From positions 22,224 through 86,223 of IMG/VR virus record IMGVR_UViG_3300022468_000772: a stretch of DNA of 64,000 nucleotides; one strand, written 5' to 3'. The position numbers and the translations under genes are program-made. The notes below the pieces were generated by a model. It did no database searches. It was not told the origin of the DNA and saw only the letters and a program-made list of their open reading frames with translations. Origin of the DNA: a virus. Taxonomy: Duplodnaviria > Heunggongvirae > Uroviricota > Caudoviricetes. Shown here in pieces: positions 1 to 9,455 of the stretch; position 1 is the first letter of the stretch; every line of letters starts with the position of its first letter.

Positions 1-578
1 GTTGGGTTGCTTTGAATGGCGATATGGCTGGTCTTGCTGCTCGTGTGGATCAAACCCACGACACATGGTATAGCCCTGCTGGTTACACCAAAGGTCAAGT
101 TAAGGGTGTTACTAAGTTGGCTTGGAATCCAAACCAATCTCAACGTGATGCGCTGTACAAGCAATCTATCAACTCTGTTGTGACTTTTGCTAATCAAGGT
201 ACTGTGTTGTTCGGTGACAAGACTGGTACAACAAAGCCAAGCGCATTTGATCGTATCAATGTTCGTCGGTTGTTCCTGAATCTGGAAAAATCGATTGCTC
301 GTATGTCGAAGTACCAATTGTTTGACTTTAATGATGAAGTTACTCGCCAACAATTCATTGCTGCTGTTGAGCCATACCTGCGCGGTGTTCAGGGTCGCCG
401 TGGTATCACTTCATTCCGAGTTATTTGTGACGCCACAAATAACACTCCTGCGGTTGTCTCTGCTAACGAATTTGCCGGAACAATTATTGTAGTTCCAAAC
501 TACAGCATCAATGCAATCGTTCTGACATTTACTGCAGCAAATGGTTCTGTTTCGTTCGACGTAGCAGCACAAGTTTAA
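1..578 (+). CDS. gp18: Tail sheath protein, C-terminal part (gene starts before window)
   Basis: FGDKTG...SAFDRINVRRLF and FNDEVTRQQF motifs; directly upstream of tail tube. Confidence 0.95.
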   Translation, partial: WVALNGDMAGLAARVDQTHDTWYSPAGYTKGQVKGVTKLAWNPNQSQRDALYKQSINSVVTFANQGTVLFGDKTGTTKPSAFDRINVRRLFLNLEKSIARMSKYQLFDFNDEVTRQQFIAAVEPYLRGVQGRRGITSFRVICDATNNTPAVVSANEFAGTIIVVPNYSINAIVLTFTAANGSVSFDVAAQV

Positions 579-596
579 TAGAAAGAAGAAAATAAA

Positions 597-1118
597 ATGG
601 CAACTCGTATTGACCAATTTCGCGCTATGCTTTCTGGTGGTGGCGCTCGCCCCACTCAGTTTAAAGTTATTTTGACATTCCCTGAGTGGGTAGCAGGTGC
701 GGATGCTGCAGTAAAAGGTGAGTTTTTAGTTAAAGCTACATCTTTGCCAGCATCCACCATCCAGCCTATCGATGTACCTTTCCGTGGTCGCCCTGTAAAG
801 GTGGCTGGTGAGCGTGTATTCCAAAACTGGAACGTGACTGTTTTGAACGATAACGACTTCCTTATTCGCAACGCATTTGAACGTTGGTCTAAGGGTGTTT
901 TGGATCATCGTACTGTTGGTGGTCGTTTGCAACCAGAATCATATGAACGTGATTTGATTGTGCAGCAACTTGATCGTAATGATAATCCTATCAAGACTTA
1001 CAAGATGTTCCATTGCTGGCCCCAAACAATCTCTGAAATCCAGCTTGACTTCGGTGCTACTACAGCAATCGAAGAATTCCAAGTTGAATTCTCAGTTGAC
1101 TATTGGGACACTGTTTAA
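597..1118 (+). CDS. gp19: Tail tube protein
   Basis: LPASTIQPIDVPFRGRPVKVAGER.F.NW.VTV.ND; synteny gp18-19-20. Confidence 0.95.
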   Translation: MATRIDQFRAMLSGGGARPTQFKVILTFPEWVAGADAAVKGEFLVKATSLPASTIQPIDVPFRGRPVKVAGERVFQNWNVTVLNDNDFLIRNAFERWSKGVLDHRTVGGRLQPESYERDLIVQQLDRNDNPIKTYKMFHCWPQTISEIQLDFGATTAIEEFQVEFSVDYWDTV

Positions 1119-1161
1119 TCGTCAATAAATAACTGATTACAACATCGTTATTTGGAATTGA

Positions 1162-2757
1162 ATGGCACAAACTGCAACAACTGATAATACTGGTATGACC
1201 ATCTTTGGCTTTCAAATCAAGAGAGCCAGAGATAACCTGCAACCAAAATCTTTTCTACCAACTGATAATCAGGATGGTGGATTGGTTGTTGACGCCAGTG
1301 TTGCGGGTACCGCAGCATACAATTCATTTTCTATTGATATCGATCCTTCATCCGCAGGTGGTGAAGGTGAGTTAGTTCAACGATACAGAGATATTTCCCT
1401 TATCTCTGATATCGATATGGCTGTTGATGAAATTGTAAACGAAGTGATTGTTTACGACGAACAAAAGCAGTCTGTCACTCTTGACTTCAGTGAGGATGTG
1501 GCAAAGGGTATTACGCAAAAGACAAAAGACATTATTATTGAAGAGTTTAACGAAGTTTTGCGCATGCTTAACTTCCAAGAAAATGCTCCAGAAATAGTAC
1601 GTTCTGCTTATGTTGATGGTCGTTTGGCCTATCATAAAGTATTGAACAAAGACAATCCATCTACAGGTATTATCGAACTGCGACCATTTGATGTTGCGCG
1701 TTTAAAGCGTGTCGTTGAAATCCAAAAACAAAAAGACCCAAAGACACAAGTTGATATCATTACTGGTCAAAACGAATACTATGTTTACGCAAACAAAGGT
1801 AGTTCAATTGGTGTTGCCGGTACTGGTCTTAAAATTTCTGTCGATGCTGTAGCATATTGTACATTCGGGCCTGTCGATAAAAACTCAGGTAACGTGTTGT
1901 CGTATTTGCACAAAGCTATTCGCCCATTGAATCAACTTCGCATGATGGAAGATGCTGAAGTTATCCATCGTTTGGTTCGCGCACCACAAAGACGTATTTT
2001 CTACGTTGATGTTAATGGTATGACAAAAACCAAGGGTGAACAACATATTCGTGATGTTATGTCACGATACAAGAATAAACAAGTCTATGATGCATCTACT
2101 GGTGTTATCAAAGACGATAAGAAACATACTTCTATTTTGGAAGATATCTGGTTGCCAAGAACTTCTGGTGGTAAGGCCACAGAAATCACAACCTTGGATG
2201 GTGCTGGTGATCTGGGTAGTATCGAGAACGTTAAATATTTCCAGAATCGATTGTATCAGTCTTTGAATATCCCTATTTCTCGTTTGAGTGGTGCGGGACA
2301 AAGCGCTTTCAATATGGGTAGAGAGAATGAAATCTCTCGGGATGAAATCAAATTCTCGAAATTCATTGACAAGCTGCGCAGAAAGTTAAATAAACTATTC
2401 TTAGATGTTTTGGAAACGAATATCATCTTGAAGGGTATTGCTACATCGGAAGATTGGGAAGCTATTAAGCCTCACCTTAACTTCAATTATGTGGTTGATA
2501 ACTTCTATGCTGAGATTAAAGAATCTGAAATGATGAAAGAGCGCTTAATGAGCGTTCAATTGGCAGACCCATTTGTCGGTAAATATATTAGTAAGCGTAA
2601 AGTGCAGCGTAACATTATGCGTATGACTGATAAAGAAATCGAAGAAATGGAAGAAGAAAATCAAGAGGATATGTTGGTTCAACAGAAACTTGAAATGGAT
2701 GTATTAAATAAATACGGTGTTGATCCAAATAATCCAACTGGAGCAGAAGAAAAATGA
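1162..2757 (+). CDS. gp20: Portal protein
   Basis: LSYLHKAIRPLNQLRMMEDAEVIHRLVRAPQRRIFYVDV, EDIWLPR, EISRDEIKFSKFI. Confidence 0.97.
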   Translation: MAQTATTDNTGMTIFGFQIKRARDNLQPKSFLPTDNQDGGLVVDASVAGTAAYNSFSIDIDPSSAGGEGELVQRYRDISLISDIDMAVDEIVNEVIVYDEQKQSVTLDFSEDVAKGITQKTKDIIIEEFNEVLRMLNFQENAPEIVRSAYVDGRLAYHKVLNKDNPSTGIIELRPFDVARLKRVVEIQKQKDPKTQVDIITGQNEYYVYANKGSSIGVAGTGLKISVDAVAYCTFGPVDKNSGNVLSYLHKAIRPLNQLRMMEDAEVIHRLVRAPQRRIFYVDVNGMTKTKGEQHIRDVMSRYKNKQVYDASTGVIKDDKKHTSILEDIWLPRTSGGKATEITTLDGAGDLGSIENVKYFQNRLYQSLNIPISRLSGAGQSAFNMGRENEISRDEIKFSKFIDKLRRKLNKLFLDVLETNIILKGIATSEDWEAIKPHLNFNYVVDNFYAEIKESEMMKERLMSVQLADPFVGKYISKRKVQRNIMRMTDKEIEEMEEENQEDMLVQQKLEMDVLNKYGVDPNNPTGAEEK

Positions 2758-3272
2758 AACTGATAGAACAAATTGAATCACTTGATGAAAGCGCTAAACA
2801 AGTATTGATGCAGGAACTGAGCAAACGTGCTTTGCGCAGCATTACTGAAGAAGTATTGGTAGAAGGTGAAGGCCAACGTTATTACATTCGGGATACGAAT
2901 AACAATATTGCTGGAAATAAAAAAGGTTATCGCACTTTTAAAGGTGCTAATCGTGAAGTTGAACATGGAAAAGCAAAGGCTGCTGTTTGGAGTGAGTATT
3001 ACAAACATCACGAAGAGAATCCCGGTTCTTCCAACAATCTTGTTCACACTATTAAACTGGAAGAAATCGAAGACGAAACAATCTCTGATTTAAATGAAGA
3101 GCAATATGGTTACCACGAAAGTAATCCAAAAATTGATCTTCACAACAAACATAGTGGTGAGTATATTGCATCCACAAATTATGCAAAAAATGTTAAGCAG
3201 GCTGTACAAAAATATGAGGAAAAATTTCCTGATATGAAGGGTCATGTTCGCGGCTATATTAATAAGAAATAA
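2754..3272 (+). CDS. Putative prohead core/internal protein (gp67/68 position)
   Basis: Lies between portal and protease; several (L/I)xE motifs resembling gp21 cleavage sites. Confidence 0.5.
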   Translation: MKLIEQIESLDESAKQVLMQELSKRALRSITEEVLVEGEGQRYYIRDTNNNIAGNKKGYRTFKGANREVEHGKAKAAVWSEYYKHHEENPGSSNNLVHTIKLEEIEDETISDLNEEQYGYHESNPKIDLHNKHSGEYIASTNYAKNVKQAVQKYEEKFPDMKGHVRGYINKK

Positions 3273-3274
3273 TC

Positions 3275-3646
3275 ATGGCATTGCTTAAAAAAGTTTTAAA
3301 AAACGATCCACGTGATGTGATTGTTAAGTGGACAGGTAATGGTACCGATACTTTAACATTGTCATCACTGACATCAACAGGACAAACTGTTCTTGGTACA
3401 CCTGCTGCGGGTGTTCATATTGTTGCAGTTTCTTCTTCTATTGCAGGCGGTGGTGATTGCACTATTACTCGTAATGGCGAAGTTCTTTTACATATTCATG
3501 ATAACTTCGAATTTCAAACCGATGGTATTATTCAAGCAGTGATATCTGAAAATCAAGGTAGCGATATTGTTGTAAGTTTAGCTAACAGTGGTACATTGAT
3601 TATTAAATTGCGTAAGGTTCAGGGCTATAGCGAAATTAGTTATTAA
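3275..3646 (+). CDS. Hypothetical head-module protein
   Basis: Tightly packed ORF in the head operon. Confidence 0.6.
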   Translation: MALLKKVLKNDPRDVIVKWTGNGTDTLTLSSLTSTGQTVLGTPAAGVHIVAVSSSIAGGGDCTITRNGEVLLHIHDNFEFQTDGIIQAVISENQGSDIVVSLANSGTLIIKLRKVQGYSEISY

Positions 3647-3677
3647 TTACCAATTTCGAATAACAATAAATACCTTT

Positions 3678-4370
3678 ATGAAACTAATTACTGAATTAAA
3701 TTACGATCCGTTGTCGCTTATCACTGAGGCTGATGCTTCTGGTGAGAAACACCTTTATATCAAAGGGCCAATGGCAGTATCGGAAGTTAAAAATAAAAAT
3801 GGTCGCGTTTATAAGAAGGCACTACTGGAAAAGGTCATTGAGAAATATACCAATGATTATATCAAAACAGGTCGCGCCCTTGGAGAATTGAATCATCCTG
3901 CTCGTTTAGCAGTTGATTATGAACGTGCTACTCACTTGGTTACCGAAATGGTTCAAGACAATAATGTCTGGATCGGTAAAGCTCGTGTGTTGAAAACTCC
4001 TATGGGACAAATCATTGAGGGTCTTTTGCGTTCCGGTGTGAATATCGGTATGTCTACTCGCGGTGCCGGTTCTATCGTAGAAGCAAATAACACTAAATAT
4101 GTTGGTGATGATTTTGTCATGACTGCTATTGATGCGGTTTCTGATCCTTCTGGTCAGTTCGCAACAAAAGACGGTTCCATGGCAGGATGCTTTGTTAACG
4201 GTGTTATGGAAGGTGTTGAATTTATTCAAACTCCTGATGGTCGGTGGCTTGAACAAGAAATTGCTGAAATGGCAAAAGCTGAGTACGACAAGAAAACATT
4301 AAATGAAGCTAAAGCACTTGAATTGTTTAGCGCGTTTATGACCGGGTTAAAAACTGGTCGATTAGATTGA
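3678..4370 (+). CDS. gp21: Prohead core protease
   Basis: KNKNGRVY, RALGELNHP, GMSTRGAGS, IDAVSDPS. Confidence 0.95.
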   Translation: MKLITELNYDPLSLITEADASGEKHLYIKGPMAVSEVKNKNGRVYKKALLEKVIEKYTNDYIKTGRALGELNHPARLAVDYERATHLVTEMVQDNNVWIGKARVLKTPMGQIIEGLLRSGVNIGMSTRGAGSIVEANNTKYVGDDFVMTAIDAVSDPSGQFATKDGSMAGCFVNGVMEGVEFIQTPDGRWLEQEIAEMAKAEYDKKTLNEAKALELFSAFMTGLKTGRLD

Positions 4371-4425
4371 TTAAGCAGTGATTTTAACCCAATAAATAAA
4401 CAATACTAACTAGGAATTTATAACC

Positions 4426-5376
4426 ATGACCTTAGAAGAAATTATCAAAGACCGCCTGAAAGCAGCAACAGCACAATTGTCTGAAGCTAAAAAGCCTGAA
4501 GAAGTGAAGGCAGAAGAGCCAAAAGAAACTGCTGAAGACAAAGGTGTAGAAGATACTGTTTCTACATCAGTTAAAGCTGATAAGAAGCCTGTGAAAGAAG
4601 AAGTTGCTGAAGTGTCTGCACCAGAAGTGACAGAAGCTAAATCTAGCGTGTCCAGCCAAGTGTCTGCACTGTTGGAAGCCGAAGGTCTTTCCGATGAATT
4701 TAAAACCCAAGCAGTAACTATTTTCGAAGCTGCTGTGGCTGATCGCGTTCTTTCTATTCAGGAAGAAATGCAAAAAGAATTTGATGCTCAATTGGCAGAA
4801 GCTAAAGAGCAATTGGATAATGATATTGATGAGTTTTTGAGTGAAGCCGTTGCCCAATGGCAAAAAGATAATGAAGTAGCAATCAAAACTAACTTTAATA
4901 CCCAAGTGACAGAAAGTTTTATGGATGGATTGCGTTCGCTTATTGCTGAACACAATATTGAAGTCCCTGAAGGTAAAGAAGATGCTTTGGCTACTGCCCT
5001 GTCAGAAGTTGAATCTTTGAAAGAATCGTTTAAAGAACAAGAAGCTGCTCAAGCTGCATTGCAAGAACAAATCAAACAGTTCGAAAGCAAGGCATTGCTC
5101 GAATCCTTCCGTTCCAAAATGACCGTTGTGGAATATGACCGCTTCGTTCAATTGACCGAATCTATCAAATTTGAAACTGCTGAACAATATGAAAAACAAC
5201 TGACTATTGTGCTGGAAAACTTCGGTTCTGCAGCAAAGAAAGTTGCGAAGCCTGTTGTAGAAGAAGTGACTGAAGTTGCTGTTGAAAAGACTGTGGTTGA
5301 ATCCAAAGTTGATCCTCGCATGGCAATGTATGTCTCTGCTTTGAAGACTGGTTCTGCAAAATACACCAATAGTTAA
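4426..5376 (+). CDS. gp22: Prohead scaffolding protein
   Basis: Acidic coiled-coil, FKTQAVTIFEAAV, between gp21 and gp23. Confidence 0.9.
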   Translation: MTLEEIIKDRLKAATAQLSEAKKPEEVKAEEPKETAEDKGVEDTVSTSVKADKKPVKEEVAEVSAPEVTEAKSSVSSQVSALLEAEGLSDEFKTQAVTIFEAAVADRVLSIQEEMQKEFDAQLAEAKEQLDNDIDEFLSEAVAQWQKDNEVAIKTNFNTQVTESFMDGLRSLIAEHNIEVPEGKEDALATALSEVESLKESFKEQEAAQAALQEQIKQFESKALLESFRSKMTVVEYDRFVQLTESIKFETAEQYEKQLTIVLENFGSAAKKVAKPVVEEVTEVAVEKTVVESKVDPRMAMYVSALKTGSAKYTNS

Positions 5377-5450
5377 AAACTAACGACATACGAGTTACCA
5401 TAAATAAGTATGTCAACTTTATAAAACTCGTCAATTAAAAGGAAACTAAA

Positions 5451-6782
5451 ATGACAATTCAAGCTGTACCTAATGTACAACAATTGCTCGAAAAATGGGC
5501 ACCCGTTCTGAATGCTGATGATGTGGCTCCAATCACTGATCGCGTTCGCCGTGAAACCACTGCTGTTCTGTTGGAAAACACCGAACAAGACATCTTCAAG
5601 AAGCAAGCAATGCTGAACGAAGCTGCTCCTATCAACACTACCAATGGTTACTCCAATGGTGCTGGTGGTGATGGTTTGGCTAAGTACGATCCAGTGTTGA
5701 TTTCCATGGTTCGCCGTGCTGCTCCACAAATGATCGCTTACGACATCTGCGGTGTTCAGCCTCTGCGTCAACCTACTGGTTTGATCTTCGCTCTGCGTTC
5801 CAAGTACGCTACCATGAACGGTACTGAAGCTCTGTTTAACGAAGCTGATACCAAGTTCTCCGGTGCTGCTTCTCCTGCTCACGCTGGTACAGACCCAACT
5901 GCTGATTTCGTTGACCAAGATTCCGGTACTGCTGGTAACCAATTCGGTACCTTCACAACTGGTACTACAATGACAACTCAGTTCGGTGAAACTTTGGGTG
6001 GTGGCGTTAACGCTTTCAGCGAAATGTCAATGTCCATCGAATCGATGACTGTGACTGCTGGTAGCCGTGCATTGCGTGCTGGTTACTCTGTTGAGTTCGC
6101 ACAAGACCTGCAAAACCTGCATGGTCTGAATGCTGACGCTGAACTGAGCAACATCCTGTCAACCGAAATGTTGTCTGAAGTGAACCGCGAAGTGCTGCGT
6201 ACTATGTACTCCATCGCTAAGGTTGGCGCACAAGATGCAACTACTGCTGGCGTGTTCGACCTGACTACTGATTCCGATGGTCGCTGGTTGGCTGAACGTC
6301 ATAAGGGCCTGTTGTTCCAGATCGAGCGCGAAGCTAACGCTATTGCACAACAAACTCGTCTGGGTAAGGGTAACTTCATCGTCTGTTCATCTGATGTGGC
6401 TTCCGCATTGGCTTTGACCGGTCTGTTGGATTACGCTCCTGCTCTGTCTGCTGGCACTTCCATGAACGTGGATGACAGTTCTGTTACCTTCGCTGGTATC
6501 TTGAACAAGCGTTTCAAAGTGTACATCGATCCATATGCTGGTGCTGCTGGTACCCAAAGCCAATTCTTCATGGTTGGTCACAAGGGTCAATCCCCATGGC
6601 AAGCTGGTCTGTTCTACTGCCCATACGTGCCATTGGATGTTGTGAAAACAACTGATCCTACCACTATGACTCCAGTGATGGCTTACCGTATGCGTTATGG
6701 CATCGCGAAGCACCCATTCTGGAACCAAGCTGGTCGTACCAATGCGTTCTACAGAATCGCCCGAGTGAAGAACCTGATCTAA
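5451..6782 (+). CDS. gp23: Major capsid protein
   Basis: LLEKWAPVL, YDPVLISMVRRAAPQMIAYDICGVQP, GLFYCPYVPL; LNE/A processing site near residue 57. Confidence 0.98.
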   Translation: MTIQAVPNVQQLLEKWAPVLNADDVAPITDRVRRETTAVLLENTEQDIFKKQAMLNEAAPINTTNGYSNGAGGDGLAKYDPVLISMVRRAAPQMIAYDICGVQPLRQPTGLIFALRSKYATMNGTEALFNEADTKFSGAASPAHAGTDPTADFVDQDSGTAGNQFGTFTTGTTMTTQFGETLGGGVNAFSEMSMSIESMTVTAGSRALRAGYSVEFAQDLQNLHGLNADAELSNILSTEMLSEVNREVLRTMYSIAKVGAQDATTAGVFDLTTDSDGRWLAERHKGLLFQIEREANAIAQQTRLGKGNFIVCSSDVASALALTGLLDYAPALSAGTSMNVDDSSVTFAGILNKRFKVYIDPYAGAAGTQSQFFMVGHKGQSPWQAGLFYCPYVPLDVVKTTDPTTMTPVMAYRMRYGIAKHPFWNQAGRTNAFYRIARVKNLI

Positions 6783-6820
6783 GGCATCTGACTAACTCTC
6801 GCAAGAGGTTAGTATAAAAC

Positions 6821-6846
6821 AAAAAACCCGCTTCGGCGGGTTTTTT
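6821..6846 (+). terminator. Intrinsic terminator after gp23
   Basis: AAAAAACCCGC-TTCG-GCGGGTTTTTT. Confidence 0.9.
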
Positions 6847-6989
6847 CATTATAGTCAAAAACTATTTGTATGATAGAAAAATACAATCATTTTTATGTAA
6901 AAATGAAGAGTGTATTACATTAAATAAAGGTGTAGATCGCGATATTACCAGTATCCACCTACTCTAATCAACCCAAGTTAAGGAGTCAT

Positions 6990-7766
6990 ATGACCAGCAA
7001 TGATATTTATGCTATTCTAGCATCAAAACCTCATAATCCACACTATTTGAAACGATATTTCAAATTTATTCAGTGGTGCCAACAAAATCCAACAAACGAA
7101 GAATACACTGAAGAACATCATATTTGCCCCAAGGCCGATGATCTGTTTCCTGAGTATAAATCTCTCTATAAAAATCCTTGGAATGCAATAAAACTATCAG
7201 CGAAACAACATATCATTGCACACATTTTTCTGTGGAAATCATATGGTGATAGTCAAAGCGCGGCATTAACTTTTATATTTTCAACAAGAAAAGTGATACC
7301 ATCTAAAATGATGCTAGATGCTGCTGCGAAATCTAGAATTGATGCAAATGAAGTTTTTAGAAAATTTTGGACAAACCGCAAACGATATATGACGCCAGAT
7401 GGTATCTACCATGGCTCATATCTGAATGATGATCCTATTATCAAACAACTCAATTTGATCCCTTTAAGAACCAAGGCACAAAGTGCCCAGAATGCTTCTA
7501 GAACTGATTTGGCGACTGCAGCTAAGTTGGGTACTAAAATCTACAACAACGGCCTAGAAGAGCGTTTTCTTGTCGCTCCTATAGATGATTCATGGATTCT
7601 TGGTCGTTTGCCTTATTCTGAAGAAGGTCGGAAAAATCAAAAAGATGCAACTCGTGCCGCATGTAAAGGTAAAAAGACCTATAACAATGGTGTTGTAAAT
7701 AGATTTTTTGGTGATGATGAAATTATACCTAAAGGATTTGTTCGAGGAATGAAACCTAGAAAATAG
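6990..7766 (+). CDS. Free-standing HNH homing endonuclease with C-terminal DNA-binding repeats
   Basis: YTEEHHICPK, NAIKLSAKQHIIAH, two YNNG..E/N.F repeats; late-promoter-like TAAATA and AGGAG upstream. Confidence 0.8.
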   Translation: MTSNDIYAILASKPHNPHYLKRYFKFIQWCQQNPTNEEYTEEHHICPKADDLFPEYKSLYKNPWNAIKLSAKQHIIAHIFLWKSYGDSQSAALTFIFSTRKVIPSKMMLDAAAKSRIDANEVFRKFWTNRKRYMTPDGIYHGSYLNDDPIIKQLNLIPLRTKAQSAQNASRTDLATAAKLGTKIYNNGLEERFLVAPIDDSWILGRLPYSEEGRKNQKDATRAACKGKKTYNNGVVNRFFGDDEIIPKGFVRGMKPRK

Positions 7767-7768
7767 TA

Positions 7769-7796
7769 GAGAAAACCCGCTTCGGCGGGTTTTCTC
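7769..7796. terminator. Bidirectional terminator between convergent genes
   Basis: 12-bp stem GAGAAAACCCGC/GCGGGTTTTCTC with TTCG loop. Confidence 0.9.
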
Positions 7797-7804
7797 ATTG
7801 GTAC

Positions 7805-7978
7805 CTAACAACTTCCATCACAGCCATAACCAAGCTGACAAGATTGGTTACAGTATCCTGTACTGTTTCCTCGACCACCATCATGCTCTTCACAAAGCCA
7901 TGCTTCTAGCTCTTCGTCATATATGTTTGCCTCATTCATGCAATTGCAAAATTCACAAACATGTTGTTCGCTTGCCAT
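7805..7978 (-). CDS. 57-aa Cys-rich hypothetical protein (not in ORF track)
   Basis: MASEQHVCEFCNC...GYCNQSCQLGYGCDGSC; AGGAG RBS. Confidence 0.7.
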   Translation of the reverse strand: MASEQHVCEFCNCMNEANIYDEELEAWLCEEHDGGRGNSTGYCNQSCQLGYGCDGSC

Positions 7979-7998
7979 ATTTTAGCTCCTAAAGTATA

Positions 7999-8178
7999 TT
8001 ACTCTTCGTACAAAAGACGCGAATCAATATCAAAACTGATACAAGAACCATATTGATCCTTCTCAGATTCGATAAACTTTTCGGCAGCTTTTCGGGTCAA
8101 AAACAACGCACAGGGAATATGCGTATCATCAGTGTCATCATTCATGATCACATCATAAACAACTTTTTCGTTTGTCAT
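7999..8178 (-). CDS. 59-aa hypothetical protein (not in ORF track)
   Basis: MTNEKVVYDVIMNDD...LLYEE; packed between neighbours. Confidence 0.65.
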   Translation of the reverse strand: MTNEKVVYDVIMNDDTDDTHIPCALFLTRKAAEKFIESEKDQYGSCISFDIDSRLLYEE

Positions 8179-8181
8179 ATT

Positions 8182-8379
8182 TTAGCTACGTACCTTTTCA
8201 AAACCTTTGGGGATGAAACCTCGGCGGATGTCATCTTCGTGTACCAGAATGCTCTTCACGACTGCATTCTTTGTAGAAAGCAACACACCTTCACACTCAA
8301 CAGTATCAACAATACCTTCTTCATCGAAGGTGATGATGTATGTCTTGTTTTTCTTAGAGAGTTTGCGCCTCATGGTCAT
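8182..8379 (-). CDS. Hypothetical protein
   Basis: Follows repeat promoter-leader with GAGG RBS. Confidence 0.65.
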   Translation of the reverse strand: MTMRRKLSKKNKTYIITFDEEGIVDTVECEGVLLSTKNAVVKSILVHEDDIRRGFIPKGFEKVRS

Positions 8380-8425
8380 TTTCAATACCTCTTTTGTGTT
8401 TCGATGGATGAATTATAGCACAGAA

Positions 8426-8962
8426 TTATTTGCGTATGAGCTTTTGATAAGCATTTTCGTGAAATATTTTTATTTTCTCAATCGACTCTTCACCAGCAAG
8501 TCGCATCAGAGTTTCACGATGAAATATTTCATCAGGTAAAACTTTACCTATCACTTCCCGAATATCACTTGGCGTCTGTGGCATGCCTAGAATAATCTCA
8601 AAACGATAAGAAGCTAATGCTTCACCAAAATAATTGGCTGCACAATATTCGGCAGTAGTTTTTACATTCGAAAGAACGTAATCCCAATAGAGACTTGGTT
8701 CACTGTCTGGATTAACAGAAATGTTTCGACTGGCAAAAAGATCAATCAGTAGATTGCTATGCTTTAGTTCGTCATCAGCAATGTTTTTAAGAATTAATCG
8801 CTCACGGTCTGAAACCTCGTTTTCAGCCATAAAAACAATGTGATCATCATACCCACTTAGTTCTGTGCGTTGCAGCTTCTGGAGCCATTTGGTGAGTTTT
8901 GCGGGGTCGTTTACAGTGCGTTCCCACCAAGCCTTAGTAAATTCAATGTCATCTTTATTCAT
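8426..8962 (-). CDS. Ferritin-like diiron-carboxylate protein
   Basis: Two DExxH motifs (DELKH, DEIFH) with upstream Glu ligands; helical pattern. Confidence 0.75.
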   Translation of the reverse strand: MNKDDIEFTKAWWERTVNDPAKLTKWLQKLQRTELSGYDDHIVFMAENEVSDRERLILKNIADDELKHSNLLIDLFASRNISVNPDSEPSLYWDYVLSNVKTTAEYCAANYFGEALASYRFEIILGMPQTPSDIREVIGKVLPDEIFHRETLMRLAGEESIEKIKIFHENAYQKLIRK

Positions 8963-8981
8963 AGATTACCCTTTCATAATA

Positions 8982-9008
8982 AAAAAAAACCCGCCGAAGC
9001 GGGTTTTT
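8982..9008 (-). terminator. Intrinsic terminator; exact reverse complement of the 6823/7772 hairpin
   Basis: AAAACCCGCCGAAGCGGGTTTT. Confidence 0.85.
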
Positions 9009-9021
9009 CAAATAACCATAG

Positions 9022-9423
9022 TTACTTGGCTTGCAATTCAGCAAGACGAGCCTGCAGTTGATCCATGCTCATGTTATCCAGCGCTTTGTCTTGCAACTTA
9101 GCCATCTGTTCCATGATACGTTGGGCTTCGATACGGTTTTCGGTTGCTTTACGTGCAGCAGCGTTTTCAGCCTTCTTCACATCAATAATAAGCAACACGA
9201 TATCCATACGCAAGCGATCCAAAGTATTTGCTTCGGTGGATTCACCCACAAAAGAAATGCTCTGCACACCATTCAGATTTTGATAAATCTTCTTTGCAAC
9301 AGAATCCAAAGACACACTCTTTTCGGAAGACAGGGGTAGTTCCCACAAATCTTCAACAGTCAGGTTACCCTTGGCAGACTCGAAACGCAAACGCAAACGA
9401 GATGCTTGTTCAAAAATGTTCAT
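9022..9423 (-). CDS. Phage hypothetical protein
   Basis: LRFES.KG.LTVEDLW.LPL; AGGA RBS. Confidence 0.7.
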   Translation of the reverse strand: MNIFEQASRLRLRFESAKGNLTVEDLWELPLSSEKSVSLDSVAKKIYQNLNGVQSISFVGESTEANTLDRLRMDIVLLIIDVKKAENAAARKATENRIEAQRIMEQMAKLQDKALDNMSMDQLQARLAELQAK

Positions 9424-9455
9424 AATATATTTCCTTTTCTATATAAAGTTACTGA

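Larger units (their letters stand above)
1120..5410 (+). promoter_or_regulatory. T4-type late promoter motifs (ATAAATA) upstream of gp20, gp21, gp22 and gp23
   Basis: ATAAATA near 1126, 3665, 4392 and 5400; variants also near 6921, 12908, 19902, 21288, 28562, 31701, 47849, 51911. Confidence 0.75.
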
